Source of the DNA: Eledone cirrhosa
Lineage: Eukaryota
Length of the DNA: 64,000 nt
Direction of reading: 5' to 3'
NCBI GenBank assembly: GCA_964016885.1
Contig: OZ024765.1
Span: forward strand, 22,506,001 to 22,570,000
Notes under the pieces: generated by a model
Told to the model about the DNA's origin: nothing
Database searches by the model: none
What the model saw: only the letters and a program-made list of their open reading frames with translations
Made by a program: the position numbers and the translations under genes
In this document: positions 24,501-40,535 of the stretch, one piece after another
Layout of the letters: the number at the start of each line of letters is the position of its first letter
Numbering within the stretch: the first letter of the stretch is position 1

Positions 24501-27500
24501 ACTGGTACAGTAACTGGTGTGAGACATGACTGGACAGTGGTGTAGACAGAGGTAATAACTGGTACAGTAACTGGTGTGAGACATGGCTGGACAGTGGTGT
24601 AGACAGTGGTAATAACTGGTACAGTAACTGGTGTGAGACATGACTGGAGAGTGGTGTAGACAGAGGTAATAACTGGTACAGTAACTGGTGTGAGACATGA
24701 CAGGACAGTGGTGTAGACAGAGGTAATAACTGGTACAGTAACTGGTGTGAGACATGACTGGACATTGGTGTAGACAGAGGTAATAACTGGTACAGTAACT
24801 GGTGTGAGACATGACAGGACAGTGGTGTAGACAGAGGTAATAACTGGTACAGTAACTGGTGTGAGACATGACAGGACAGTGGTGTAGACAGAGGTAATAA
24901 CTGGTACAGTAACTGGTGTGACACATGACAGGACAGTGGTGTAGACAGAGGTAATAACTGGTACAGTAACTGGTGTGAGACATGACTGGACAGTGGTGTA
25001 GACAGTGGTAATAACTGGTACAGTAACTGGTGTGAGACATGACTGGACAGTGGTGTAGACAGAGGTAATAACTGGTACAGTAACTGGTGTGAGACATGAC
25101 TGGACAGTGGTGTAGACACAGGTAATAACTGGTACAGTAACTGGTGTGAGACATGACTGGACAGTGGTGTAGACAGAGGTAATAACTGGTACAGTAACTG
25201 GTGTGAGACATGACAGGACAGTGGTGTAGACAGAGGTAATAACTGGTACAGTAACTGGTGTGAGACATGACAGGACAGTGGTGTAGACAGAGGTAATAAC
25301 TGGTACAGTAACTGGTGTGAGACATGGCTGGACAGTGGTGTAGACAGTGGTAATAACTGGTACAGTAACTGGTGTGAGACATGACTGGACAGTGGTGTAG
25401 ACAGTGGTAATAACTGGTACAGTAACTGGTGTGAGACATGACAGGACAGTGGTGTAGACAGAGGTAATAACTGGTACAGTAACTGGTGTGAGACATGACT
25501 GGACAGTGGTGTAGACAGTGGTAATAACTGGTACAGTAACTGGTGTGAGACATGGCTGGACAGTGGTGTAGACAGTGGTAATAACTGGTACAGTAACTGG
25601 TGTGAGACATGACAGGACAGTGGTGTAGACAGAGGTAATAACTGGTACAGTAACTGGTGTGAAGACATGACTGGACAGTGGTGTAGACAGTGGTAATAAC
25701 TGGTACAGTAACTGGTGTGAGACATGACAGGACAGTGGTGTAGACAGAGGTAATAACTGGTACATTAACTGGTGTGAGACATGACTGGACAGTGGTGTAG
25801 ACAGAGGTAATAACTGGTACAGTAACTGGTGTGAGACATGACAGGACAGTGGTGTAGACAGAGGTAATAACTGGTACAGTAACTGGTGTGAGACATGACA
25901 GGACAGTGGTGTAGACAGAGGTAATAACTGGTACAGTAACTGGTGTGAGACATGACTGGACAGTGGTGTAGACAGAGGTAATAACTGGTACAGTAACTGG
26001 TGTGAGACATGACAGGACAGTGGTGTAGACAGAGGTAATAACTGGTACAGTAACTGGTGTGAGACATGACAGGACAGTGGTGTAGACAGTGGTAATAACT
26101 GGTACAGTAACTGGTGTGAGACATGACAGGACAGTGGTGTAGACAGAGGTAATAACTGGTACAGTAACTGGTGTGAGACATGACTGGACAGTGGTGTAGA
26201 CAGAGGTAATAACTGGTACAGTAACTGGTGTGAGACATGACAGGACAGTGGTGTAGACAGAGGTAATAACTGGTACAGTAACTGGTGTGAGACATGACAG
26301 GACAGTGGTGTAGACAGAGGTAATAACTGGTACAGTAACTGGTGTGAGACATGACAGGACAGTGGTGTAGACAGTGGTAATAACTGGTACAGTAACTGGT
26401 GTGAGACATGACAGGACAGTGGTGTAGACAGAGGTAATAACTGGTACAGTAACTGGTGTGAGACATGACTGGACAGTGGTGTAGACAGAGGTAATAACTG
26501 GTACAGTAACTGGTGTGAGACATGACAGGACAAGTGGTGTAGACAGAGGTAATAACTGGTACAGTAACTGGTGTGAGACATGACTGGACAGTGGTGTAGA
26601 CAGAGGTAATAACTGGTACAGTAACTGGTGTGAGACATGACAGGACAGTGGTGTAGACAGAGGTAATAACTGGTACAGTAACTGGTGTGAGACATGACTG
26701 GACAGTGGTGTAGACAGAGGTAATAACTGGTACAGTAACTGGTGTGAGACATGACTGGACAGTGGTGTAGACACAGGTAATAACTGGTACAGTAACTGGT
26801 GTGAGACATGACTGGACAGTGGTGTAGACAGAGGTAATAACTGGTACAGTAACTGGTGTGAGACATGACAGGACAGTGGTGTAGACAGAGGTAATAACTG
26901 GTACAGTAACTGGTGTGAGACATGGCTGCACAGTGGTGTAGACAGTGGTAATAACTGGTACAGTAACTGGTGTGAGACATGGCTGGACAGTGGTGTAGAC
27001 AGAGGTAATAACTGGTACAGTAACTGGTGTGAGACATGACAGGACAGTGGTGTAGACAGTGGTAATAACTGGTACAGTAACTGGTGTGAGACATGACAGG
27101 AGAGTGGTGTAGACAGAGGTAATAACTGGTACAGTAACTGGTGTGAGACATGACTGGACAGTGGTGTAGACAGAGGTAATAACTGGTACAGTAACTGGTG
27201 TGAGACATGACAGGACAGTGGTGTAGACAGAGGTAATAACTGGTACAGTAACTGGTGTGAGACATGACTGGACAGTGGTGTAGACAGTGGTAATAACTGG
27301 TACAGTAACTGGTGTGAGACATGACTGGACAGTGGTGTAGACAGAGGTAATAACTGGTACAGTAACTGGTGTGAGACATGACTGGACAGTGGTGTAGACA
27401 GAGGTAATAACTGGTACAGTAACTGGTTGTGAGACATGGCTGGACAGTGGTGTAGACAGAGGTAATAACTGGTACAGTAACTGGTGTGAGACATGACAGG

Positions 27501-30500
27501 ACAGTGGTGTAGACAGAGGTAATAACTGGTACAGTAACTGGTGTGAGACATGACTGGACAGTGGTGTAGACAGTGGTAATAACTGGTACAGTAACTGGTG
27601 TGAGACATGACAGGACAGTGGTGTAGACAGAGGTAATAACTGGTACAGTAACTGGTGTGAGACATGACAGGACAGTGGTGTAGACAGAGGTAATAACTGG
27701 TACAGTAACTGGTGTGAGACATGACTGGACAGTGGTGTAGACAGTGGTAATAACTGGTACAGTAACTGGTGTGAGACATGACTGGACAGTGGTGTAGACA
27801 GAGGTAATAACTGGTACAGTAACTGGTGTGAGACATGACAGGACAGTGGTGTAGACAGAGGTAATAACTGGTACAGTAACTGGTGTGAGACATGACAGGA
27901 CAGTGGTGTAGACAGTGGTAATAACTGGTACAGTAACTGGTGTGAGACATGACAGGACAGTGGTGTAGACAGAGGTAATAACTGGTACAGTAACTGGTGT
28001 GAGACATGACAGGACAGTGGTGTAGACAGAGGTAATAACTGGTACAGTAACTGGTGTGAGACATGACAGGACAGTGGTGTAGACAGAGGTAATAACTGGT
28101 ACAGTAACTGGTGTGAGACATGACTGGACAGTGGTGTAGACAGTTGGTAATAACTGGTACAGTAACTGGTGTGAGACATGACTGGACAGTGGTGTAGACA
28201 GTGGTAATAACTGGTACAGTAACTGGTGTGAGACATGACTGGACAGTGGTGTAGACAGAGGTAATAACTGGTACAGTAACTGGTGTGAGACATGACTGGA
28301 CAGTGGTGTAGGCAGTGGTAATAACTGGTACAGTAACTGGTGTGAGACATGACTGGACAGTGGTGTAGACAGAGGTAATAACTGGTACAGTAACTGGTGT
28401 GAGACATGACAGGACAGTGGTGTAGACAGAGGTAATAACTGGTACAGTAACTGGTGTGAGACATGACTGGACAGTGGTGTAGACAGTGGTAATAACTGGT
28501 ACAGTAACTGGTGTGAGACATGACTGGACAGTGGTGTAGACCGTGGTAATAACTGGTACAGTAACTGGTGTGAGACATGACTGGACAGTGGTGTAGACAG
28601 TGGTAATAACTGGTACAGTAACTGGTGTGAGACATGACAGGACAGTGGAGTAGACAGTGGTAATAACTGGTACAGTAACTGGTGTGAGACATGACTGGAC
28701 AGTGGTGTAGACAGTGGTAATAACTGGTACAGTAACTGGTGTGAGACATGACTGGACAGTGGTGTAGACAGTGGTAATAACTGGTACAGTAACTGGTGTG
28801 AGACATGACAGGACAGTGGTGTAGACAGTGGTAATAACTGGTACAGTAACTGGTGTGAGACATGACTGGACAGTGGTGTAGACAGTGGTAATAACTGGTA
28901 CAGTAACTGGTGTGAGACATGACTGCACAGTGGTGTAGACAGAGGTAATAACTGGTACAGTAACTGGTGTGAGACATGACTGGACAGTGGTGTAGACAGA
29001 GGTAATAACTGGTACAGTAACTGGTGTGACGACATGACTGGACAGTGGTGTAGACAGAGGTAATAACTGGTACAGTAAGTGGTGTGACGACATGACTGGA
29101 CAGTGGTGTAGACAGAGGTAATAACTGGTACAGTAACTGGTGTGAGACATGACAGGACAGTGGTGTAGACAGAGGTAATAACTGGTACAGTAACTGGTGT
29201 GAGACATGACAGGACAGTGGTGTAGACAGTGGTAATAACTGGTACAGTAACTGGTGTGAGACATGACTGGACAGTGGTGTAGACAGTGGTAATAACTGGT
29301 ACAGTAACTGGTGTGAGACATGACTGGACAGTGGTGTAGACAGTGGTAATAACTGGTACAGTAACTGGTGTGAGACATGACAGGACAGTGGTGTAGACTG
29401 GGTAATAACTGGTACAGTAACTGGTGTGAGACATGACTGGACAGTGGTATAGACAGAGGTAATAACTGGTACAGTAACTGGTGTGAGACATGACTGGACA
29501 GTGGTGTAGACAGAGGTAATAACTGGTACAGTAACTGGTGTGAGACATGACAGGACAGTGGTGTAGACAGTGGTAATAACTGGTACAGTAACTGGTGTGA
29601 GACATGACTGGACAGTGGTGTAGACAGAGGTAATAACTGGTACAGTAACTGGTGTGAGACATGACTGGACAGTGGTGTAGACAGAGGTAATAACTGGTAC
29701 AGTAACTGGTGTGACACATGACTGGACAGTGGTGTAGACAGTGGTAATAACTGGTACAGTAACTGGTGTGAGACATGACTGGACAGTGGTGTAGACAGAG
29801 GTAATAACTGGTACAGTAACTGGTGTGAGACATGACTGGACAGTGGTGTAGACAGAGGTAATAACTGGTACAGTAACTGGTGTGAGACATGACAGGACAG
29901 TGGTGTAGACAGTGGTAATAACTGGGTACAGTAACTGGTGTGAGACATGACTGGACAGTGGTGTAGACAGAGGTAATAACTGGTACAGTAACTGGTGTGA
30001 GACATGACTGGACAGTGGTGTAGACAGTGGTAATAACTGGTACAGTAACTGGTGTGAGACATGACAGGACAGTGGTGTAGACAGAGGTAATAACTGGTAC
30101 AGTAACTGGTGTGAGACATGACTGGACAGTGGTGTAGACTGAGGTAATAACTGGTACAGTAACTGGTGTGAGACATGACAGGACAGTGGTGTAGACAGAG
30201 GTAATAACTGGTACAGTAACTGGTGTGAGACATGACTGGACAGTGGTGTAGACAGTGGTAATAACTGGTACAGTAACTGGTGTGAGACATGACTGGACAG
30301 TGGTGTAGACAGAGGTAATAACTGGTACAGTAACTGGTGTGAGACATGACTGGACAGTGGTGTAGACAGAGGTAATAACTGGTACAGTAACTGGTCTGAG
30401 ACATGACAGGACAGTGGTGTAGACAGAGGTAATAACTGGTACAGTAACTGGTGTGAGACATGACTGGACAGTGGTGTAGACAGAGGTAATAACTGGTACA

Positions 30501-33500
30501 GTAACTGGTGTGAGACATGACTGGACAGTGGTGTAGACAGAGGTAATAACTGGTACAGTAACTGGTGTGAGACATGACAGGACAGTGGTGTAGACAGAGG
30601 TAATAACTGGTACAGTAACTGGTGTGAGACATGACTGGACAGTGGTGTAGACAGAGGTAATAACTGGTACAGTAACTGGTGTGAGACATGACCGGACAGT
30701 GGTGTAGACAGAGGTAATAATTGGTACAGTAACTGGTGTGAGACATGACTGGACAGTGGTGTAGACAGAGGTAATAACTGGTACAGTAACTGGTGTGAGA
30801 CATGACAGGACAGTGGTGTAGACAGAGGTAATAACTGGTACAGTAACTGGTGTGAGACATGACTGGACAGTGGTGTAGACAGAGGTAATAACTGGTACAG
30901 TAACTGGTGTGAGACATGACTGGACTGTGGTGTAGACAGAGGTAATAACTGGTACAGTAACTGGTGTGAGACATGACAGGACAGTGGTGTAGACAGAGGT
31001 AATAACTGGTACAGTAACTGGTGTGAGACATGACTGGACAGTGGTGTAGACAGAGGTAATAACTGGTACAGTAACTGGTGTGAGACATGACTGGACAGTG
31101 GTGTAGACAGAGGTAATAACTGGTACAGTAACTGGTGTGAGACATGACAGGACAGTGGTGTAGACAGAGGTAATAACTGGTACAGTAACTGGTGTGAGAC
31201 ATGACTGGACAGTGGTGTAGACAGAGGTAATAACTGGTACAGTAACTGGTGTGAGACATGACTGGACAGTGGTGTAGACAGAGGTAATAACTGGTACAGT
31301 AACTGGTGTGAGACATGACTGGACAGTGGTGTAGACAGAGGTAATAACTGGTACAGTAACTGGTGTGAGACATGAGTGGACAGTGGTGTAGACAGAGGTA
31401 ATAACTGGTACAGTAACTGGTGTGAGACATGACAGGACAGTGGTGTAGACAGTGGTAATAACTGGTACAGTAACTGGTGTGAGACATGACAGGACAGTGG
31501 TGTAGACAGTGGTAATAACTGGTACAGTAACTGGTGTGAGACATGACAGGACAGTGGTGTAGACAGTGGTAATAACTGGTACAGTAACTGGTGTGAGACA
31601 TGACTGGACAGTGGTGTAGACAGAGGTAATAACTGGTACAGTAACTGGTGTGAGACATGAGTGGACAGTGGTGTAGACAGTGGTAATAACTGGTACAGTA
31701 ACTGGTGTGACACATGACTGGACAGTGGTGTAGACAGTGGTAATAACTGGTACAGTAACTGGTGTGACACATGACTGGACAGTGGTGTAGACAGTGGTAA
31801 TAACTGGTACAGTAACTGGTGTGAGACATGACAGGACAGTGGTGTAGACAGAGGTAATAACTGGTACAGTAACTGGTGAGAGACATGACTGGACAGTGGT
31901 GTAGACAGAGGTAATAACTGGTACAGTAACTGGTGTGAGACATGACAGGACAGTGGTGTAGACAGTGGTAATAACTGGTACAGTAACTGGTGTGACATAT
32001 GACTGGACAGTGGTGTAGACAGAGGTAATAACTGGTGCAGTAACTGGTGTGACACATGACTGGACAGTGGTGTAGACAGAGGTAATAACTGGTACAGTAA
32101 CTGGTGTGAGACATGACAGGACAGTGGTGTAGACAGTGGTAATAACTGGTACAGTAACTGGTGTGAGACATGACAGGACAGTGGTGTAGACAGAGGTAAT
32201 AACTGGTACAGTAACTGGTGTGACACATGACAGGACAGTGGTGTAGACAGAGGTAATAACTGGTACAGTAACTGGTGTGAGACATGACAGGACAGTGGTG
32301 TAGACAGAGGTAATAACTGGTACAGTAACTGGTGTGAGACATGACAGGACAGTGGTGTAGACAGAGGTAATAACTGGTACAGTAACTGGTGTGAGACATG
32401 ACAGGACAGTGGTGTAGACAGTGGTAATAACTGGTACAGTAACTGGTGTGACACATGACAGGACAGTGGTGTAGACAGTGGTAATAACTGGTACAGTAAC
32501 TGGTGTGAGACATGACAGGACAGTGGTGTAGACAGTGGTAATAACTGGTACAGTAACTGGTGTGAGACATGACAGGACAGTGGTGTAGACAGTGGTAATA
32601 ACTGGTACAGTAACTGGTGTGAGACATGACAGGACAGTGGTGTAGACAGTGGTAATAACTGGTACAGTAACTGGTGTGAGACATGACTGGACAGTGGTGT
32701 AGACAGAGGTAATAACTGGTACAGTAACTGGTGTGACACATGACAGGACAGTGGTGTAGACAGTGGTAATAACTGGTACAGTAACTGGTGTGAGACATGA
32801 CAGGACAGTGGTGTAGACAGTGGTAATAACTGGTACAGTAACTGGTGTGACACATGACTGGACAGTGGTGTAGACAGAGGTAATAACTGGTACAGTAACT
32901 GGTGTGACACATGACTGGACAGTGGTGTAGACAGAGGTAATAACTGGTACAGTAACTGGTGTGACACATGACAGGACAGTGGTGTAGACAGTGGTAATAA
33001 CTGGTACAGTAACTGGTGTGAGACATGACAGGACAGTGGTGTAGACAGTGGTAATAACTGGTACAGTAACTGGTGTGACACATGACTGGACAGTGGTGTA
33101 GACAGAGGTAATAACTGGTACAGTAACTGGTGTGACACATGACTGGACAGTGGTGTAGACAGAGGTAATAACTGGAACAGTAACTGGTGTGACACATGAC
33201 TGGACAGTGGTGTAGACAGAGGTAATAACTGGTACAGTAACTGGTGTGACACATGACTGGACAGTGGTGTAGACAGAGGTAATAACTGGTACAGTAACTG
33301 GTGTGACACATGACAGGACAGTGGTGTAGACAGTGGTAATAACTGGTACAGTAACTGGTGTGAGACATGACTGGACAGAGGTGTAGACAGAGGTAATAAC
33401 TGGTACAGTAACTGGTGTGAGAGACGACTGGACAGTGGTGTAGACAGAGGTAATAACTGGTACAGTAACTGGTGTGACACATGACAGGAGAGTGGTGTAG

Positions 33501-36500
33501 ACAGAGGTAATAACTGGTACAGTAACTGGTGTGACACATGACTGGACAGTGGTGTAGACAGAGGTAATAACTGGTACAGTAACTGGTGTGACACATGACA
33601 GGACAGTGGTGTAGACAGTGGTAATAACTGGTACAGTAACTGGTGTGAGACATGACTGGACAGTGGTGTAGACAGTGGTAATAACTGGTACAGTAACTGG
33701 TGTGACACATGACAGGACAGTGGTGTAGACAGTGGTAATAACTGGTACAGTAACTGGTGTGAGACATGACTGGACAGTGGTGTAGACAGAGGTAATAACT
33801 GGTACAGTAACTGGTGTGAGACATGACTGGACAGTGGTGTAGACAGAGGTAATAACTGGTACAGTAACTAGTGTGAGACATGACTGGACAGTGGTGTAGA
33901 CAGAGGTAATAACTGGTACAGTAACTGGTGTGAGACATGACTGGACAGTGGTGTAGACAGAGGTAATAACTGGTACAGTTACTGGTGTGAGACATGACTG
34001 GACAGTGGTGTAGAGAGAGGTAATAACTGGTACAGTAACTGGTGTGAGACACGACTGGACAGTGGTGTAGACAGAGGTAATAACTGGTACAGTAACTGGT
34101 GTGAGACATGACTGGACAGTGGTGTAGACAGAGGTAATAACTGGTACAGTAACTGGTGTGAGACATGACAGGACAGTGGTGGAGACAGAGGTAATAACTG
34201 GTACAGTAACTGGTGTGAGACATGACAGGACAGTGGTGTAGACAGAGGTAATAACTGGTACAGTAACTGGTGTGACACATGACAGGAGAGTGGTGTAGAC
34301 AGAGGTAATAACTGGTACAGTAACTGGTGTGAGACATGACTGGACAGTGGTGTAGACAGAGGTAATAACTGGTACAGTAACTGGTGTGACACATGACAGG
34401 ACAGTGGTGTAGACAGTGGTAATAACTGGTACAGTAACTGGTGTCAGACATGACTGGACAGTGGTGTAGACAGAGGTAATAACTGGTACAGTAACTGGTG
34501 TGAGACATGACAGGACAGTGGTGTAGACAGAGGTAATAACTGGTACAGTAACTGGTGTGAGACATGACAGGACAGTGGTGTAGACAGTGGTAATAACTGG
34601 TACAGTAACTGGTGTGAGACATGACTGGACAGTGGTGTAGACAGTGGTAATAACTGGTACAGTAACTGGTGTGAGACATGACAGGCAGTGGTGTAGACAG
34701 AGGTAATAACTGGTACAGTAACTGGTGTGAGACATGACTGGACAGTGGTGTAGACAGAGGTAATAACTGGTACAGTAACTGGTGTGAGACATGACTGGAC
34801 AGTGGTGTAGACAGAGGTAATAACTGGTACAGTAACTGGTGTGAGACATGACTGGACAGTGGTGTAGACAGAGGTAATAACTGGTACAGTAACTGGTGTG
34901 AGACATGACAGGACAGTGGTGTAGACAGAGGTAATAACTGGTACAGTAACTGGTGTGAGACATGACAGGACAGTGGTGTAGACAGAGGTAATAACTGGTA
35001 CAGTAACTGGTGTGAGACATGACTGGACAGTGGTGTAGACAGAGGTAATAACTGGTACAGTAACTGGTGTGAGACATGACTGGACAGTGGTGTAGACAGA
35101 GGTAATAACTGGTACAGTAACTGGTGTGAGACATGACAGGACAGTGGTGTAGACAGAGGTAATAACTGGTACAGTAACTGGTGTGAGACATGACTGGACA
35201 GTGGTGTAGACAGAGGTAATAACTGGTACAGTAACTGGTGTGAGACATGACAGGACAGTGGTGTAGACAGAGGTAATAACTGGTACAGTAACTGGTGTGA
35301 GACATGACAGGACAGTGGTGTAGACAGTGGTAATAACTGGTACAGTAACTGGTGTGACACATGACTGGACAGTGGTGTAGACAGAGGTAATAACTGGTAC
35401 AGTAACTGGTGTGACACATGACTGGACAGTGGTGTAGACAGAGGTAATAACTGGTACAGTAACTGGTGTGACACATGACAGGACAGTGGTGTAGACAGTG
35501 GTAATAACTGGTACAGTAACTGGTGTGAGACATGACAGGACAGTGGTGTAGACAGTGGTAATAACTGGTACAGTAACTGGTGTGACACATGACTGGACAG
35601 TGGTGTAGACAGAGGTAATAACTGGTACAGTAACTGGTGTGACACATGACTGGACAGTGGTGTAGACAGAGGTAATAACTGGAACAGTAACTGGTGTGAC
35701 ACATGACTGGACAGTGGTGTAGACAGAGGTAATAACTGGTACAGTAACTGGTGTGACACATGACTGGACAGTGGTGTAGACAGAGGTAATAACTGGTACA
35801 GTAACTGGTGTGACACATGACAGGACAGTGGTGTAGACAGTGGTAATAACTGGTACAGTAACTGGTGTGAGACATGACTGGACAGAGGTGTAGACAGAGG
35901 TAATAACTGGTACAGTAACTGGTGTGAGAGACGACTGGACAGTGGTGTAGACAGAGGTAATAACTGGTACAGTAACTGGTGTGACACATGACAGGAGAGT
36001 GGTGTAGACAGAGGTAATAACTGGTACAGTAACTGGTGTGACACATGACTGGACAGTGGTGTAGACAGAGGTAATAACTGGTACAGTAACTGGTGTGACA
36101 CATGACAGGACAGTGGTGTAGACAGTGGTAATAACTGGTACAGTAACTGGTGTGAGACATGACTGGACAGTGGTGTAGACAGTGGTAATAACTGGTACAG
36201 TAACTGGTGTGACACATGACAGGACAGTGGTGTAGACAGTGGTAATAACTGGTACAGTAACTGGTGTGAGACATGACTGGACAGTGGTGTAGACAGAGGT
36301 AATAACTGGTACAGTAACTGGTGTGAGACATGACTGGACAGTGGTGTAGACAGAGGTAATAACTGGTACAGTAACTAGTGTGAGACATGACTGGACAGTG
36401 GTGTAGACAGAGGTAATAACTGGTACAGTAACTGGTGTGAGACATGACTGGACAGTGGTGTAGACAGAGGTAATAACTGGTACAGTTACTGGTGTGAGAC

Positions 36501-39500
36501 ATGACTGGACAGTGGTGTAGAGAGAGGTAATAACTGGTACAGTAACTGGTGTGAGACACGACTGGACAGTGGTGTAGACAGAGGTAATAACTGGTACAGT
36601 AACTGGTGTGAGACATGACTGGACAGTGGTGTAGACAGAGGTAATAACTGGTACAGTAACTGGTGTGAGACATGACAGGACAGTGGTGGAGACAGAGGTA
36701 ATAACTGGTACAGTAACTGGTGTGAGACATGACAGGACAGTGGTGTAGACAGAGGTAATAACTGGTACAGTAACTGGTGTGACACATGACAGGAGAGTGG
36801 TGTAGACAGAGGTAATAACTGGTACAGTAACTGGTGTGAGACATGACTGGACAGTGGTGTAGACAGAGGTAATAACTGGTACAGTAACTGGTGTGACACA
36901 TGACAGGACAGTGGTGTAGACAGTGGTAATAACTGGTACAGTAACTGGTGTCAGACATGACTGGACAGTGGTGTAGACAGAGGTAATAACTGGTACAGTA
37001 ACTGGTGTGAGACATGACAGGACAGTGGTGTAGACAGAGGTAATAACTGGTACAGTAACTGGTGTGAGACATGACAGGACAGTGGTGTAGACAGTGGTAA
37101 TAACTGGTACAGTAACTGGTGTGAGACATGACTGGACAGTGGTGTAGACAGTGGTAATAACTGGTACAGTAACTGGTGTGAGACATGACAGGCAGTGGTG
37201 TAGACAGAGGTAATAACTGGTACAGTAACTGGTGTGAGACATGACTGGACAGTGGTGTAGACAGAGGTAATAACTGGTACAGTAACTGGTGTGAGACATG
37301 ACTGGACAGTGGTGTAGACAGAGGTAATAACTGGTACAGTAACTGGTGTGAGACATGACTGGACAGTGGTGTAGACAGAGGTAATAACTGGTACAGTAAC
37401 TGGTGTGAGACATGACAGGACAGTGGTGTAGACAGAGGTAATAACTGGTACAGTAACTGGTGTGAGACATGACAGGACAGTGGTGTAGACAGAGGTAATA
37501 ACTGGTACAGTAACTGGTGTGAGACATGACTGGACAGTGGTGTAGACAGAGGTAATAACTGGTACAGTAACTGGTGTGAGACATGACTGGACAGTGGTGT
37601 AGACAGAGGTAATAACTGGTACAGTAACTGGTGTGAGACATGACAGGACAGTGGTGTAGACAGAGGTAATAACTGGTACAGTAACTGGTGTGAGACATGA
37701 CTGGACAGTGGTGTAGACAGAGGTAATAACTGGTACAGTAACTGGTGTGAGACATGACAGGACAGTGGTGTAGACAGAGGTAATAACTGGTACAGTAACT
37801 GGTGTGAGACATGACAGGACAGTGGTGTAGACAGAGGTAATAACTGGTACAGTAACTGGTGTGAGACATGGCTGGACAGTGGTGTAGACAGAGGTAATAA
37901 CTGGTACAGTAACTGGTGTGAGACATGACTGGACAGTGGTGTAGACAGAGGTAATAACTGGTACAGTAAATGGTGTGAGACATGGCTGGACAGTGGTGTA
38001 GACAGAGGTAATAACTGGTACAGTAACTGGTGTGAGACATGACTGGACAGTGGTGTAGACAGTGGTAATAACTGGTACAGTAACTGGTGTGACACATGAC
38101 TGGACAGTGGTGTAGACAGAGGTAATAACTGGTACAGTAACTGGTGTGAGACATGACAGGACAGTGGTGTAGACAGTGGTAATAACTGGTACAGTAACTG
38201 GTGTGAGACATGACTGGACAGTGGTGTAGACAGTGGTAATAACTGGTACAGTAACTGGTGTGAGACATGACTGGACAGTGGTGTAGACAGAGGTAATAAC
38301 TGGTACAGTAACTGGTGTGAGACATGACTGGACAGTGGTGTAGACAGAGGTAATAACTGGTACAGTAACTGGTGTGAGACATGACTGGATAGTGGTGTAG
38401 ACAGAGGTAATAACTGGTACAGTAACTGGTGTGAGACATGACTGGACAGTGGTGTAGACAGTGGTAATAACTGGTACAGTAAATGGTGTGAGACATGGCT
38501 GGACAGTGGTGTAGACAGAGGTAATAACTGGTACAGTAACTGGTGTGAGACATGACTGGACAGTGGTGTAGACAGTGGTAATAACTGGTACAGTAACTGG
38601 TGTGAGACATAACTGGACAGTGGTGTAGACAGAGGTAATAACTGGTACAGTAACTGGTGTGAGACATGACTGGACAGTGGTGTAGACAGAGGTAATAACT
38701 GGTACAGTAACTGGTGTGACACATGACTGGACAGTGGTGTAGACAGAGGTAATAACTGGTACAGTAACTGGTGTGACACATGACTGGACAGTGGTGTAGA
38801 CAGTGGTAATAACTGGTACAGTAACTGGTGTGACACATGACTGGACAGTGGTGTAGACAGAGGTAATAACTGGTACAGTAACTGGTGTGACACATGACTA
38901 GACAGTGGTGTAGACAGAGGTAATAACTGGTACAGCAACTGGTGTGAGACATGACTGGACAGTGGTGTAGACAGAGGTAATAACTGGTACAGTAACTGGT
39001 GTGACACATGACTGGACAGTGGTGTAGACAGAGGTAATAACTGGTACAGTAACTGGTGTGAGACATGACTGGACAGTGGTGTAGACAGAGGTAATAACTG
39101 GTACAGTAACTGGTGTGAGACATGACTGGACAGTGGTGTAGACAGTGGTAATAACTGGTACAGTAAATGGTGTGAGACATGGCTGGACAGTGGTGTAGAC
39201 AGAGGTAATAACTGGTACAGTAACTGGTGTGAGACATGACTGGACAGTGGTGTAGACAGTGGTAATAACTGGTACAGTAACTGGTGTGACACATGACTGG
39301 ACAGTGGTGTAGACAGAGGTAATAACTGGTACAGTAACTGGTGTGAGACATGACAGGACAGTGGTGTAGACAGTGGTAATAACTGGTACAGTAACTGGTG
39401 TGAGACATGACTGGACAGTGGTGTAGACAGTGGTAATAACTGGTACAGTAACTGGTGTGAGACATGACTGGACAGTGGTGTAGACAGAGGTAATAACTGG

Positions 39501-40535
39501 TACAGTAACTGGTGTGAGACATGACTGGACAGTGGTGTAGACAGAGGTAATAACTGGTACAGTAACTGGTGTGAGACATGACTGGACAGTGGTGTAGACA
39601 GTGGTAATAACTGGTACAGTAAATGGTGTGAGACATGGCTGGACAGTGGTGTAGACAGAGGTAATAACTGGTACAGTAACTGGTGTGAGACATGACTGGA
39701 CAGTGGTGTAGACAGTGGTAATAACTGGTACAGTAACTGGTGTGACACATGACTGGACAGTGGTGTAGACAGAGGTAATAACTGGTACAGTAACTGGTGT
39801 GAGACATGACTGGACAGTGGTGTAGACAGGGGTAATAACTGGTACAGTAACTGGTGTGACACATGACTAGACAGTGGTGTAGACAGTGGTAATAACTGGT
39901 ACAGTAACTGGTGTGACACATGACTGGACAGTGGTGTAGACAGTGGTAATAACTGGTACAGTAACTGGTGTGACACATGACTGGACAGTGGTGTAGACAG
40001 AGGTAATAACTGGTACAGTAACTGGTGTGACACATGACTGGACAGTGGTGTAGACAGTGGTAATAACTGGTACAGTAACTGGTGTGTGACATGACTGGAC
40101 AGTGGTGTAGACAGAGGTAATAACTGGTACAGTAACTTGTGTGACACATGACTAGACAGTGGTGTAGACAGTGGTAATAACTGGTACAGTAACTTGTGTG
40201 ACACATGACTAGACAGTGGTGTAGACAGTGGTAATAACTGGTACAGTAAATGGTGTGAGACATGGCTGGACAGTGGTGTAGACAGAGGTAATAACTGGTA
40301 CAGTAACTGGTGTGAGACATGGCTGGACAGTGGTGTAGACAGAGGTAATAACTGGTACAGTAAATGGTGTGAGACATGGCTGGACAGTGGTGTAGACAGA
40401 GGTAATAACTGGTACAGTAACTGGTGTGAGACATGGCTGGACAGTGGTGTAGACAGAGGTAATAACTGGTACAGTAACTTGTGTGACACATGACTAGACA
40501 GTGGTGTAGACAGTGGTAATAACTGGTACAGTAAC
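12538..40535. repeat. 57-bp satellite array, ~490 copies
   Basis: Unit ggtaataactggtacagtaactggtgtga(g/c)acatgac(a/t)ggacagtggtgtagacag(a/t). 19-aa periodicity in all three minus frames. Confidence 0.98.
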
